63,974 nt of DNA from an uncultured Terracidiphilus sp. (GCA_964468605.1 CAYYKV010000001.1:1-63974); one strand, 5' to 3'. Positions 48,908 through 58,965 are shown, numbered from the stretch's first letter. Translations and numbers: made by a program. Notes: a model not told the origin generated them from the sequence alone.

Positions 48908-50374
48908 GTGTCGTTGTTTGAGAGATTCCGCGAAAGCTGGCTTCGTCCGGCGCTGTTCTTCGGCAACAACCCCATCAGTCTGGCTGGCGGCGCCATCACC
49001 ACCGCCTCCGGCATCACCATGATCAGTTATTGGCTGGCCGAGCTCTCCGGCCATCTCAGTGACAACCCCTATCTCGGCATCATCTTCTTTCTTATTCTTC
49101 CGGTCCTGTTCCTGCTCGGCCTGGCTCTCATTCCCATCGGCGTGTTCTTGCGGCGCAGAACCCTGCAGAAGGCCGGCCAGATTCCCGCCGCCTTTCCCCG
49201 CATCGACCTTAACGACAAAATCTTCCGGCACGGCCTCGACATTGTCCTTGTTGCGACCATCGTCAACTTTCTTGTCGTGGCTACGGCCAGCTATCACGGC
49301 GCGGAGTACATGGATTCACCTCAGTTCTGCGGCCGCTCCTGCCATGTGATGAAGCCTGAGTTTACGGCTTACCAGATCTCTCCGCACTCTCACGTGGCCT
49401 GCGTCGATTGCCACATCGGTTCAGGCGCTCAAGCCTACTTCAGTGCCAAAGTGAACGGCACCAAACAGCTGGTTGAAGTCACCTTCCATCCGCTCGCGCC
49501 GCTCGCGCCAAAAATCATTCCCAACTATCCCACGCCGATTCCGTCACCGGTCACCAGCCTGCGCCCCGCGCGCTACACCTGCGAGGGCTGCCACACGCCC
49601 ACGCGCTTTGACGGCGACAAGTTGCTGGTCAAGTCGAACTTTGCCGACGACGAGCCCAACACCGAGACGCAAACTGTGCTCATTCTGCACCTCGGAGGTG
49701 TTGACTCTCTCTCGCGCTACACGGGCATCCACGGCGTCCATCTCGGTCATATCGAGTACGTCTCCACCGACGCCACGCGCACCACCATTCCCTGGGTGGA
49801 GCGGCAGAACGCCGATGGCTCGTTCACCGAATACAGTTCTCTGCCGGCTGGCAGCGGCATCCCCAAAGGTGACCGCAGGGTCATGGATTGCATCGACTGC
49901 CACAACCGCGCCGCGCACACATTTGTGACTGCCGAGGAGGCTGTTGACCAGGCCATGACGAGCGGCGCAATCAGTACGAATCTGCCCTGGATTCACAAGG
50001 AAGGACTGGCGTTGCTGAATGGCACTTACTCAAGCCAGGAAGAGGCTGGCGTACAGATCCCGCAGCAACTTCAGGCCTTCTATCGCACTCAGAATCCCTC
50101 TGTGCTTGAACAGAATGCCGCATTGGTCGACCAGGCGGGCAAGGAATTGGTGACGCTTTACGACCAGAATGTCTTTCCATTCATGAAGGTCACATGGGGA
50201 ACCCATCCCAATCACATCGGCCACATGGACTATCCGGGCTGCTTCCGCTGTCACGACGGCAATCATGCGGCCAAGAACGGCGATACCATTCCTCAGGACT
50301 GCACCGTCTGCCACAACCTGCTGGCCGTCGAAGAAGCCAAACCCAAAGTGCTCTCCGACCTCGGTATTCAGTAG
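48908..50374 (+). CDS. Inner-membrane multiheme cytochrome c, NapC/NirT-domain, ImcH-like
   Basis: 3 N-terminal TM helices; FCGRSCH (CX3CH), CVDCH, CEGCH, CIDCH, CFRCH, CTVCH; AKVNG. Confidence 0.88.
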   Translation: MSLFERFRESWLRPALFFGNNPISLAGGAITTASGITMISYWLAELSGHLSDNPYLGIIFFLILPVLFLLGLALIPIGVFLRRRTLQKAGQIPAAFPRIDLNDKIFRHGLDIVLVATIVNFLVVATASYHGAEYMDSPQFCGRSCHVMKPEFTAYQISPHSHVACVDCHIGSGAQAYFSAKVNGTKQLVEVTFHPLAPLAPKIIPNYPTPIPSPVTSLRPARYTCEGCHTPTRFDGDKLLVKSNFADDEPNTETQTVLILHLGGVDSLSRYTGIHGVHLGHIEYVSTDATRTTIPWVERQNADGSFTEYSSLPAGSGIPKGDRRVMDCIDCHNRAAHTFVTAEEAVDQAMTSGAISTNLPWIHKEGLALLNGTYSSQEEAGVQIPQQLQAFYRTQNPSVLEQNAALVDQAGKELVTLYDQNVFPFMKVTWGTHPNHIGHMDYPGCFRCHDGNHAAKNGDTIPQDCTVCHNLLAVEEAKPKVLSDLGIQ

Positions 50375-50494
50375 CCGAAGTGGCTTTGCAGGCTCGCCCC
50401 GTCGAGGCAGCGCACCGAACCGCTGTTTGGCTCGCACCCGCCGCTATACAATCGGGTCCAGACGTAAGCTCGCCTGCGTAGGTCAAGAAGTCGA

Positions 50495-51481
50495 ATGCGG
50501 CAAAGGGTCTTCGGTCCGCGGCTTGCAACTGCTCTCCTGAGCAGCCTTTCTCTATCGCCCTCCGCAGCAGCCATCGCGCCAATCAAGCCTGCTCTGTTGC
50601 CCGTCACAATCACGCTCGCCGCAAACAACGTCACCATTGCGCAGGGCTCCGCCATCATCCTCACAGCCACGGTCACTCCCAACTCCGCCCCGCCCGCAAC
50701 CGGCGAGCAAAACCCGACCGGAACAGTGGTATTCCTTAACGGCACTGTGCAGATCGGCCAGTCCGCGCTTTCGCCGCTCGCCGTGGCCAACGCCTCCACG
50801 GCCACCCTCACCATCCAGGGCCTTCCTGCCGGTCAGGACTCCATCACCGCCTTCTACGCGGGTGACACAGTCTTCGGCTCGGGAACCTCGGCTCCGCTCG
50901 CGATTGACGTTCAGGGATTTGCCATTGCACCTGCGTCGACAAATCCGCCCACCAACCTCGATGTCGCCCTGGGCCAGTCCGGTTCGGAATCCTTCGTGGT
51001 CACCAACGCAGGCGGCTACACGGGGCAGGTTCAGGTAGTCTGCGCGGTCGCTTTGCAGGACGACATGACCTGCACGCCCACTCCGCAACAGGTCACGCCT
51101 ACGGCCACAGTTACGTTCGCGGTCCAGACCTTTGCCTCAGGAGGCCCGCTTTACGCGACCGCGAGCAAGGTCCGGCGTCACAATTCGCCATGGCCGCAAG
51201 CTGAGAGAGGAGCAGCGCTGGTCGCATTGCTTTTCTTTATCATTCCGTTCGGGAGCCGCCAGCGCACATTTCTGCGTTACGGCTCGTGGCGCTTCATCCT
51301 CCTCTTCATTTTGCTGGTGCCGCTCATCGGTTTTGCAACCAGTTGCAACAGTACAAGCGTGCTCGCTCCCAACGGCACGCCGCTCGGCGTGGCTACGCTT
51401 CAGGTCACGGCCACCGCGTTTGTCGACAACGCCGTCACCAGCCAAACCATCTACTTCACCGTGAACGTGCAGCCGCAGTGA
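50495..51481 (+). CDS. Secreted Ig-like (Big_3) domain protein with C-terminal TM-basic-TM-Cys tail
   Basis: PTGTVVFLNG; AGQDSITAFYAGD; hydrophobic-RQR..R-hydrophobic-ATSC..GTPLG. Confidence 0.8.
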   Translation: MRQRVFGPRLATALLSSLSLSPSAAAIAPIKPALLPVTITLAANNVTIAQGSAIILTATVTPNSAPPATGEQNPTGTVVFLNGTVQIGQSALSPLAVANASTATLTIQGLPAGQDSITAFYAGDTVFGSGTSAPLAIDVQGFAIAPASTNPPTNLDVALGQSGSESFVVTNAGGYTGQVQVVCAVALQDDMTCTPTPQQVTPTATVTFAVQTFASGGPLYATASKVRRHNSPWPQAERGAALVALLFFIIPFGSRQRTFLRYGSWRFILLFILLVPLIGFATSCNSTSVLAPNGTPLGVATLQVTATAFVDNAVTSQTIYFTVNVQPQ

Positions 51482-51543
51482 AACGGTCAGCAGACACTCA
51501 AGCGTGTTAGGCTGGCTCTTCGCGCTCAGGAGCAAAATTCTCC

Positions 51544-53010
51544 ATGCAATCCACTCATCCCTTTCAATTCAATCTTGTGGCCGCGGCCCATGCCTCCATG
51601 ATCGAGCACGGTTTTCAGCCTGATTTTCCCGCCGGAACCGATACGGAGCTAGCCGCCATCAAAACGCAGCCCGCAGTTCCATCCTCCGGTGGCCTCACGG
51701 ATTTGCGCGGCCTGCTTTGGTCCTCCATCGACAACGACACGTCCAAGGATCTCGACCAAATCGAGTGGGCCGAGCAGTTGCCAGACGGACGCATCCGCGT
51801 GCTCGTCGGCGTGGCGGATGTGGACGGGCGCGTCCCGCGGGGCACGGTGATCGACAAGCATGCGCAATTCGAGACGACCTCCGTCTATACCGGCGTATCG
51901 ATCTTTCCCATGCTGCCCACGGAACTCTCTGAAGGCGTCACCTCTCTGAACGAAAACCAGGATCGAGCCGCCATTGTGGTCGAGTATTCGATCGATGCCG
52001 CCGGAACCGCTTCCGACGGAAAAGCCTACCGCGCACTGGTTCGCAACCGCGCGCAACTGGCTTACCCGAGCATCGGCGCGTGGCTTGAAGGCAAAGGCCA
52101 GGCGCCGCCAAAGGTTGCCGCAAGCTCCGATCTCGCTGCGCAACTCAAGCTCCAGGACGCGGCGGCGCAGCGCATGGCGGGTGGGCGCTACCAGCACGGC
52201 GCGCTCGAATTCGACACCATCGAGACTCAGCCGGTGTTGGTCACCGACGAAATCATTGGAATCGCGCCCATTGAAAAGAACCGCGCCACCTCGCTCATCG
52301 AGGAATTCATGGTGGCAGCAAACGGCGTCATTGCGCGAACCTTTGAAGACGCCGGTCTGGCTTCCATTCGCCGCATCGTCCGCGTCCCCAAGCGTTGGGA
52401 CCGCATTGTGGAGCTAGCCGCCCAAAAAGGCGCAACGCTGCCCGCCGATCCCGACTCGAAAGCCCTCAACGACTTCCTCCTCGCACAAAAGCAGAAGGAC
52501 CCCGACCACTTTCCCGATCTCTCGCTCGCGGTCATCAAGCTCATGGGGCCCGGCGAATATGTGCTGATCAAGCCCAACGCACCATCGCCCGGACACTTCG
52601 GCCTCGCTGTCCGGGACTACACGCACTCCACGGCGCCCAACCGCCGCTTCCCCGACGTGGTCACGCAGCGCCTCCTGAAGGCACAGCTCGCGCACGCCAC
52701 GGCGCCCTATTCAGAAGACGACCTCAACGCCATCGCGCAGCGGTGCACCCTGATGGAAGACGCCGCACGCAAAGTGGAGCGCGAAATGCAAAAACGCATC
52801 GCTGCGGTTGTTCTTCACCCACGCATCGGCCAATCCTTCCAGGCCATCGTCACCGGCGCCACCGACCACGGAACCTTCGTGCGCACTCTCGATCCGCACG
52901 TTGAAGGCATGGTGGTTCGCGGCGGAAAGGGCCTCGACGTCGGCGACAGAGTTACCGTAAAGCTCGTCTCCACCGATCCCCAGCGCGGATTTATCGATTT
53001 CGAGGCATAA
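51544..53010 (+). CDS. RNB domain exoribonuclease (RNase II/R family) with C-terminal S1
   Basis: SIDNDTSKDLDQ; LIEEFMVAAN; HFGLA..YTHSTAPNRRFPD. Confidence 0.92.
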   Translation: MQSTHPFQFNLVAAAHASMIEHGFQPDFPAGTDTELAAIKTQPAVPSSGGLTDLRGLLWSSIDNDTSKDLDQIEWAEQLPDGRIRVLVGVADVDGRVPRGTVIDKHAQFETTSVYTGVSIFPMLPTELSEGVTSLNENQDRAAIVVEYSIDAAGTASDGKAYRALVRNRAQLAYPSIGAWLEGKGQAPPKVAASSDLAAQLKLQDAAAQRMAGGRYQHGALEFDTIETQPVLVTDEIIGIAPIEKNRATSLIEEFMVAANGVIARTFEDAGLASIRRIVRVPKRWDRIVELAAQKGATLPADPDSKALNDFLLAQKQKDPDHFPDLSLAVIKLMGPGEYVLIKPNAPSPGHFGLAVRDYTHSTAPNRRFPDVVTQRLLKAQLAHATAPYSEDDLNAIAQRCTLMEDAARKVEREMQKRIAAVVLHPRIGQSFQAIVTGATDHGTFVRTLDPHVEGMVVRGGKGLDVGDRVTVKLVSTDPQRGFIDFEA

Positions 53011-53192
53011 GCCGCCGGTAGACTCCGGATTAAAAAATCGATAATTGACACGCATCCCGTTGTTTCTCAGCGTTCTGGGTTATCGGGAATGGAACATTTC
53101 TGTGTCCGACGGGGACGCATGTGCGTCTAATTGAAAGAAACTGTCGATAATTAAACAGGCGGCAGACGCCGAATCTCAAGACAGGTGAATGA

Positions 53193-54221
53193 ATGCAATC
53201 AGGTTTCGTTGGGGTCGCTCTGCGACTCGTTTTTGGGGTGGCCATATTGGGTTTATCGTCCGGGCTGCTTGCGCAGGAGCCGGATTCAACCCCTCCCGCA
53301 GCAGCCGTAGCTCCGTCATCCGCGATTCCTGACGCACCCACTCCGAAAATTGAGTTTGCCGCCGTCCCTGATCCACAGTCCGCGCAATCGCAAGGTGCAC
53401 AGCAGCCCGCACAAGGACCTGCTCCCACGCCCGATGGCTCAGGCGGCGCACCGCAAAGCAGCGGCTCGCAAAGCAGCCCCAGTTCGCAATCCTCAGCGCA
53501 GCCAATAAGCGCTCAGGAGACGAAAGAACAGAAAGCAGCCGAGGAAATCAAAGAACAGGAAAAGCAGCGCATCGTCGGCATCCTGCCCTCCTTCAATGTC
53601 ACCTATCGCAGCGATGCCGCGTCAATGAGCGCACGCCAAAAAATCGGGCTCGCCTTTCGCTCCGCCGTCGATCCTTACCAATTCGGGATTTCATTCATCG
53701 TGGCTGGATTCTCTGAGGCCCAGGACAATGGCACGGGTTTCGGCTGGGGCCCGGAGGGCTACTTCAAGCGTTCAGGTGCGGCCTATCTCGACGCCTTCGA
53801 TGGCGCGATGATCGGCAACGGATTCCTGCCCGCTCTCCTGCACCAGGATCCACGCTACTTTCGTATGGGCCACGGAACCTTTCACCGCCGCTTCTTTTAT
53901 GCCGTCGCCACCAGCTTCATCTGCAAGCACGACAACACTGGAAAATGGGAGCCCAACTACTCCAACGTTGGCGGCAACATCATCGCCGGAGCCATCTCCA
54001 ATCTCTATTACCCCTCGCAAACAGCAGGCGCGGGCCAAACCATCAACAATGGTTTGATCGTCACTTTCGAAGGCACCTTCGGCGGCGTACTCCAGGAATT
54101 CTGGCCCGACATTTCGCGCAAGCTCTTCCACAAGGATCCAACTCATGGTCTCGACGCGCAGGCGCGCGCCGCGGACGCTGCTCAAAAGCAGAAAAAGCAG
54201 CAAGAGCAGAACCAGAAGTAG
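53193..54221 (+). CDS. Secreted hypothetical protein, acidobacterial-type family
   Basis: Signal peptide; IPDAP and S/Q/P linker; RIVGILPSF; HQDPRYF; ISNLYYP; EFWPD. Confidence 0.8.
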   Translation: MQSGFVGVALRLVFGVAILGLSSGLLAQEPDSTPPAAAVAPSSAIPDAPTPKIEFAAVPDPQSAQSQGAQQPAQGPAPTPDGSGGAPQSSGSQSSPSSQSSAQPISAQETKEQKAAEEIKEQEKQRIVGILPSFNVTYRSDAASMSARQKIGLAFRSAVDPYQFGISFIVAGFSEAQDNGTGFGWGPEGYFKRSGAAYLDAFDGAMIGNGFLPALLHQDPRYFRMGHGTFHRRFFYAVATSFICKHDNTGKWEPNYSNVGGNIIAGAISNLYYPSQTAGAGQTINNGLIVTFEGTFGGVLQEFWPDISRKLFHKDPTHGLDAQARAADAAQKQKKQQEQNQK

Positions 54222-54407
54222 CCGCTTAGCGAATCTGGCTTCGAATCATCGCTCGTGAAATGAGCATCTATAGTAGTTGTCCAACACGAAAGGAGACCTC
54301 TGTTGATGAGTGGCTTGTCCACTGAAATCCAGGCTCCCCTTCCGCTTCTGGAAACTGTCAAAGTGGATACAAAACGTGACGCCCGCGCTCCCCAAGAGGT
54401 CATCCCC

Positions 54408-55334
54408 ATGCCTTCGATATTTCGCTCCCGCAGATTAATCGCCAGGCGCCTTTCCTTATTCGGGCTGTTAGTTGTTGCGCTGGTTGGCGTGAACTCCGTC
54501 GCCGCCCTGGCGGCTCAGCAGGCCGGACCCGACAGTCCGGGCCCGGTCGCCCTCGCAGCTTCGACGACCGCACCTCCGGCACCGGATTCCGCCGCCCAGT
54601 CGACGACAGCTCCTGCGCCAGACTCTGCCTCCCAGTCGTCCGCAAATCCGACACAACCCTCAAGCACCAGCGGGTCTGCACCGCAATATCAGCCTGCGAA
54701 TGGTGGGCAAGGGGACTCAACTGGCCAGCAAACCAAGCGCATCCTCGGCATCATCCCTAACTTCCGCGCTGTCAGCGCCGACACAGAGCTGCCGCCTGAG
54801 ACTGTTAAAGAAAAGTTCGTAGACGCCACTGAGGATTCGTTCGATTACTCCTCCATCTTCATCCCTGCCGCTATCGCCGTCTACGACATGGGTGAGCACG
54901 CAACGCCCCAATTCCACCAGGGCGCGGCCGGCTACGCTCGCTACTTTTGGCATTCGGCCGTCGACCAAACCAGCGAGAACTACATGGTCGAGTTCATCTT
55001 TCCCACCCTCACCCATGAAGATTCGCGCTACTACACCCTCGGCCACGGCGGATTCGTTAAACGCACTGGCTATGCTCTCAGCCGGGCCGTCATCACCCGA
55101 TCAAACTCCGGAGCCGAAGTCTTCAACATAAGCGAAGTCTTCGGTGCCGGCGCCTCCTCGGGCATCTCGAATCTCTATTACCCTTCTGCCTCACGCTCCG
55201 TTGGAAACACAGTATCCGAGTGGGCAGAGGATGTCGGGATCGACGCGGCTTCCTTCTGGTGCAAGGAATTCTGGCCTGACATCAACCGCCGTCTCTTCCA
55301 CAACAAATACGCTGAGCCTCCCGCGCAAAAGTAG
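54408..55334 (+). CDS. Secreted hypothetical protein, paralog of the upstream gene
   Basis: RILGIIPNF; HEDSRYY; ISNLYYP; EFWPDI. Confidence 0.8.
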   Translation: MPSIFRSRRLIARRLSLFGLLVVALVGVNSVAALAAQQAGPDSPGPVALAASTTAPPAPDSAAQSTTAPAPDSASQSSANPTQPSSTSGSAPQYQPANGGQGDSTGQQTKRILGIIPNFRAVSADTELPPETVKEKFVDATEDSFDYSSIFIPAAIAVYDMGEHATPQFHQGAAGYARYFWHSAVDQTSENYMVEFIFPTLTHEDSRYYTLGHGGFVKRTGYALSRAVITRSNSGAEVFNISEVFGAGASSGISNLYYPSASRSVGNTVSEWAEDVGIDAASFWCKEFWPDINRRLFHNKYAEPPAQK

Positions 55335-55489
55335 CCTTTCGGCGAAAAGCTGCCGGAAAAATGTCCCTGGCCATCGCACTCGCCGCAACGCAGCATTCGC
55401 ACACCTGCGGTATCATTCCTGCATCTCGAAAGCGCGGACCAATTCACGCCCAATTCGGCGTTCCCGCAGCGAAGCAAGAAAGGCTCATC

Positions 55490-56404
55490 ATGGACAATTC
55501 CGGTGTTGTCGTTTTCTTTCTAGTCGTTGCCGCAGTCATCGGCATCTTTCTACTGGTCACCATCCTCAAAACCATGTACACGGTGCGCACCTACTCGGCC
55601 GGCGTGGTGGAGCGCTTCGGAAAATTCAACCGCGTCGCGCGGCCCGGCCTGCAATTCCTCCTGCCCTACTGCGAAACCGTGCGCCTTATCGATCTGCAGG
55701 TGCGCCAGGCGGTCGTCAACGTCGAAACCAAAACCAAGGACAACGTCTTCGTCACCATTCCCGTCTCCGTGCAATACCAGGTTGTCGAAGCAAAAGTCTT
55801 TGACGCCTACTATAAGTTGAGCAATCCGCAGAGCCAGATCGAGAGCTACGTCTTCAACTCCATCCTCGGCCACGTGCCCACGCTCACCCTCGACGAAGCC
55901 TTCGAGCAGATGCAGCAGATCTCCGGCGCCGTCAAGAGGGACCTCGACGAAGTGATGGACAACTTCGGCTACAACATTCTGCGCGCGCTGGTCACCGACA
56001 TCGTTCCCGACGCCAAAGTGAAGGCGGCGATGAACGACATCAACGCCGCGCAACGCGAGCAGATCGCGGCGCAGGCTCGCGGCGAAGCCGACAAGATTCT
56101 CAAGGTCAAGCAGGCCGAAGCTGAAGCCGAGTCGAAGGCTTTGCAAGGCGAAGGTACAGCCCGCCAGCGTCAGGCGATTATCAAAGGCCTGCAGGCATCG
56201 GTGGAGGAGTTCAAAACCGCTGTCGAAGGCTCGACTGCGCAGGACGTAATGGCCATGGTCCTCATGACCCAGTACTTCGACACCATGCGCGAAGTCGGCG
56301 TCACGGGCAAGTCGAGCACGATTTTCCTGCCCAGCTCGCCCGGCACGGTCAACGATCTGATGACACAAATCCTGGCCGGCTTCCAGGGCGCTAAATCATC
56401 CTGA
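55490..56404 (+). CDS. SPFH/band 7 domain protein
   Basis: N-terminal TM; VVERFGKF; ETKTKDNVFV; LVTDIVPD..AMNDINAA; TQYFDT. Confidence 0.92.
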   Translation: MDNSGVVVFFLVVAAVIGIFLLVTILKTMYTVRTYSAGVVERFGKFNRVARPGLQFLLPYCETVRLIDLQVRQAVVNVETKTKDNVFVTIPVSVQYQVVEAKVFDAYYKLSNPQSQIESYVFNSILGHVPTLTLDEAFEQMQQISGAVKRDLDEVMDNFGYNILRALVTDIVPDAKVKAAMNDINAAQREQIAAQARGEADKILKVKQAEAEAESKALQGEGTARQRQAIIKGLQASVEEFKTAVEGSTAQDVMAMVLMTQYFDTMREVGVTGKSSTIFLPSSPGTVNDLMTQILAGFQGAKSS

Positions 56405-56415
56405 TTCGCTGGAAT

Positions 56416-56772
56416 CTATTGTCTGCTCGGGGCCCGGCGTTTTCCGCCGGGCTTCTGGTTCTTCTCGACGCGCAGCTTCCACGCCGAATGCAGTGCCCCG
56501 CGCAGCGAGTCCTCGTCGGCCACCGCGAGGCGAATGTGCGTGGCGCCGTTGCGGCCCCACCCGCCGTGAACTGGCAAAAAGAGATTCGGCCGCTCGCGAA
56601 GAAACTCCGCCTGGACCTCCGGCGTAAGCATCAGATTCCCGTAGCCCTCTTTGACTGAAGCCAGCGTTGCAAAAATCCGCCCGTCAACGCGGAAATCCAC
56701 CGCGCCCATGTGCGAGCCTTCTTCCGCGCCATCCAGGCTCAGCGCAATCCGCTTGAAATCCTTCGCCGTCAC
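56416..56772 (-). CDS. MmcQ/YjbR family protein
   Basis: HMGAVDFRVDGRIFAT; GGWGRNGAT. Confidence 0.85.
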   Translation of the reverse strand: MTAKDFKRIALSLDGAEEGSHMGAVDFRVDGRIFATLASVKEGYGNLMLTPEVQAEFLRERPNLFLPVHGGWGRNGATHIRLAVADEDSLRGALHSAWKLRVEKNQKPGGKRRAPSRQ

Positions 56773-56786
56773 AATGACCCGAAGCC

Positions 56787-58874
56787 TCAGGTTGTTGCTT
56801 TCCTGGTCCCTTGGTCCCTGCCGGGGTCCCCGGCGAGCGATTTCTGCTCACTGGGGTGGCTTAGTCCCTCGGCCCCTGTTCCTTCAAACTCTTCGTTCAA
56901 CCACTTGCTGAACGCCGCAAACTCCTCGTCGCGCCCCAGAAAATCGCGCACTATCTCTCTCCCAGGCTTCGATCCACCCTGTTCAAGCACCGCCTTGCGG
57001 TAGCGCGTACCGGCCTCGCAGTCCAGCAAATCATCTGAATCGAATTGCCCAAAGAAATCCAGAGCGATCACCTTGTCGAACATATAGGTGTAGTAGTTCG
57101 ACGAGTAGCCGGTCAGGTGCCCGAAGCTCGCGTACATCCGGTTGCCCTCGAGCCACGTCCACGGCTGGAATTGTTTGTAAAGCTCGCGTGTCACCACGTC
57201 AGGATCGATGCCTGCCGGATCCTCATCGTGCAAGTTGAGCGCGAGCGTCGTGTAGTAGAGCTGCGTCCTGATCCAGTCCGCGCGCCCGAACGCACCCGCG
57301 AGTTTCATCGTCCGAATCAGCTCCGCCGGCAGCACTTCATCCGTCTCGTAGTGCCGCGCGAATGCCTGCAGCAGCTTCTCGTCGCGGAAAAACTCTTCCA
57401 GCATTTGCGACGGCACCTCGATGAAGTCGCCCTCCGTCGCAAACCCCGAAAGCCCCGCCCACTCCGTGTGCCCGCCCAGAATCGCGTGCATCAGGTGGCC
57501 GAACTCGTGAAAGAACGTCGCCACGTCGGAGTACTGCAGCAACCCCGGATCGTTCTCATCGCCAGCCGGGAAGTTGCAGATCAGCGCTGCTTCAGGCATC
57601 GTGCGCCCGCGCACGCCCGTCACCACCGGCGCGGCAGAGAACCACTTGTCCTTGCCCTCGCGCGGATGCATGTCGAGATAGAATCGCCCGACCAGCCGCC
57701 CGCCATCGAAAACCTCGAAAACCGAAACCGCCGGATCCCACGCCGGCGCGTGTGTCGGCCGAAACTCCACCTTGAACAGCTTCGCCGCCGTCTTCAGCAC
57801 GCCGGCCTCGACCCGCGCATAAGGAAAATACGGCCGCACCGACTGCGAATCGAAATCGAATTTCGCGCGCCGGAACTGCTCGTACCAATAGCCGCGGCTC
57901 ACGATGTCAATCTCGCTCAGCCCCGGTTGCCGTCCCCGCGCAAATTCGAGCACCAACGCGTGCTCGTGCCGCGCGCCATCGCGGCTGGCCTCGTCCAACT
58001 TCTTGAGGAACGTGCGCACATTCGCCGCCGACTTCATCATCTGGTCGGCAGTTGCCAGGTCGGCCCAGCTGCGGAATCCGAGAATGGTCGCAATCTCCTG
58101 CCGCGTCGCCAACAGATCGAGCAGAATCTGCCGGTTCGCCGGATACGCCCTGGTGTTGTAGGCCAGGAACATGCGTTCGCGCAGCGCCGCATTCCCTGCA
58201 AAGGTCATTACCGGCATCATGTCGGGCGGATCGGTGGTCAGCGTTACGCGTTCCTGGCCGTTCGCGTCTTTCTCGGCCGGATGCCGCGCGATGTAGTCGG
58301 CGGGCAGCCCATCCAGCTCCTCGGGCGTTGCCACAATCGTCTTCCCACCCTCCTGGATGTTGCGGCCGAATTCGAGCGACAGGCCAGTGGCTTTGTCGTG
58401 CAGCGCGTGCAAACGGTCGCGCGTGGCCTGGTCCTTGTCTACGCCAGACAAGCGATAGCCGAGCAGCGTGCGCTCGACATAATGCTTCGTCGCCGGGCTT
58501 GCGCCGTCCAGCTTGATTGCCGCGAGAGCGTCGTACACTTCGCGGTTCAGGCTCAGCGCGCTTCCCGCCATCGCTACCCGCTGCGCTTCAATCTGCGCCT
58601 GGTCGCGCACGGCCTTGTCTGCGGCAACGGAGTTCAGAATTCCCGCCTGCGCTCCCGCCAGAGTCAGTTGCTCGATCGCTTTGTCGTAAAGCAGCAGAGA
58701 ATTCTCAGGTGTTCGTCCGACCTCGACGGCCACGAGCGCGCCCAATGCGGATTCGTGAGCATTTAGTCGCGCGCTCACCCAAGCGGTCAGCGCTTGGGCC
58801 GACGCAGCGCCGCCGGCCGCCCAAGAGTGCAATGCATCGCTTGCGGCAACGTCGGCAGTAGTTTCTGTCGCCAT
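56787..58874 (-). CDS. M3 family oligopeptidase (thimet-like)
   Basis: FYLDMHPREGK; FFHEFGH; DFIEVPSQMLE; FGHLTGYSSNYYTY. Confidence 0.93.
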   Translation of the reverse strand: MATETTADVAASDALHSWAAGGAASAQALTAWVSARLNAHESALGALVAVEVGRTPENSLLLYDKAIEQLTLAGAQAGILNSVAADKAVRDQAQIEAQRVAMAGSALSLNREVYDALAAIKLDGASPATKHYVERTLLGYRLSGVDKDQATRDRLHALHDKATGLSLEFGRNIQEGGKTIVATPEELDGLPADYIARHPAEKDANGQERVTLTTDPPDMMPVMTFAGNAALRERMFLAYNTRAYPANRQILLDLLATRQEIATILGFRSWADLATADQMMKSAANVRTFLKKLDEASRDGARHEHALVLEFARGRQPGLSEIDIVSRGYWYEQFRRAKFDFDSQSVRPYFPYARVEAGVLKTAAKLFKVEFRPTHAPAWDPAVSVFEVFDGGRLVGRFYLDMHPREGKDKWFSAAPVVTGVRGRTMPEAALICNFPAGDENDPGLLQYSDVATFFHEFGHLMHAILGGHTEWAGLSGFATEGDFIEVPSQMLEEFFRDEKLLQAFARHYETDEVLPAELIRTMKLAGAFGRADWIRTQLYYTTLALNLHDEDPAGIDPDVVTRELYKQFQPWTWLEGNRMYASFGHLTGYSSNYYTYMFDKVIALDFFGQFDSDDLLDCEAGTRYRKAVLEQGGSKPGREIVRDFLGRDEEFAAFSKWLNEEFEGTGAEGLSHPSEQKSLAGDPGRDQGTRKATT
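56803..56882. repeat. REP-like hairpin flanked by GGTCCCT-type heptamers, inside the peptidase 3' end
   Basis: CCCCGGCGAGC-gatttct-GCTCACTGGGG with tggtccct x2, tagtccct, cggcccct. Confidence 0.6.
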
Positions 58875-58965
58875 CGTTCGAGAATCCTCCAAAGCTCTAG
58901 ATTATCAAGGCCTGATTGAGACACACTTCTCGCCGCGCGGCCGCAGCATTGGTCCCGCAGTTCTT

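Noticed and set aside
57045-58766. Long antisense ORFs (573 aa here; also 16949-18175, 36454-37545, 44114-45124)
   Set aside because: Shadow frames opposite well-supported genes, expected in high-GC DNA.
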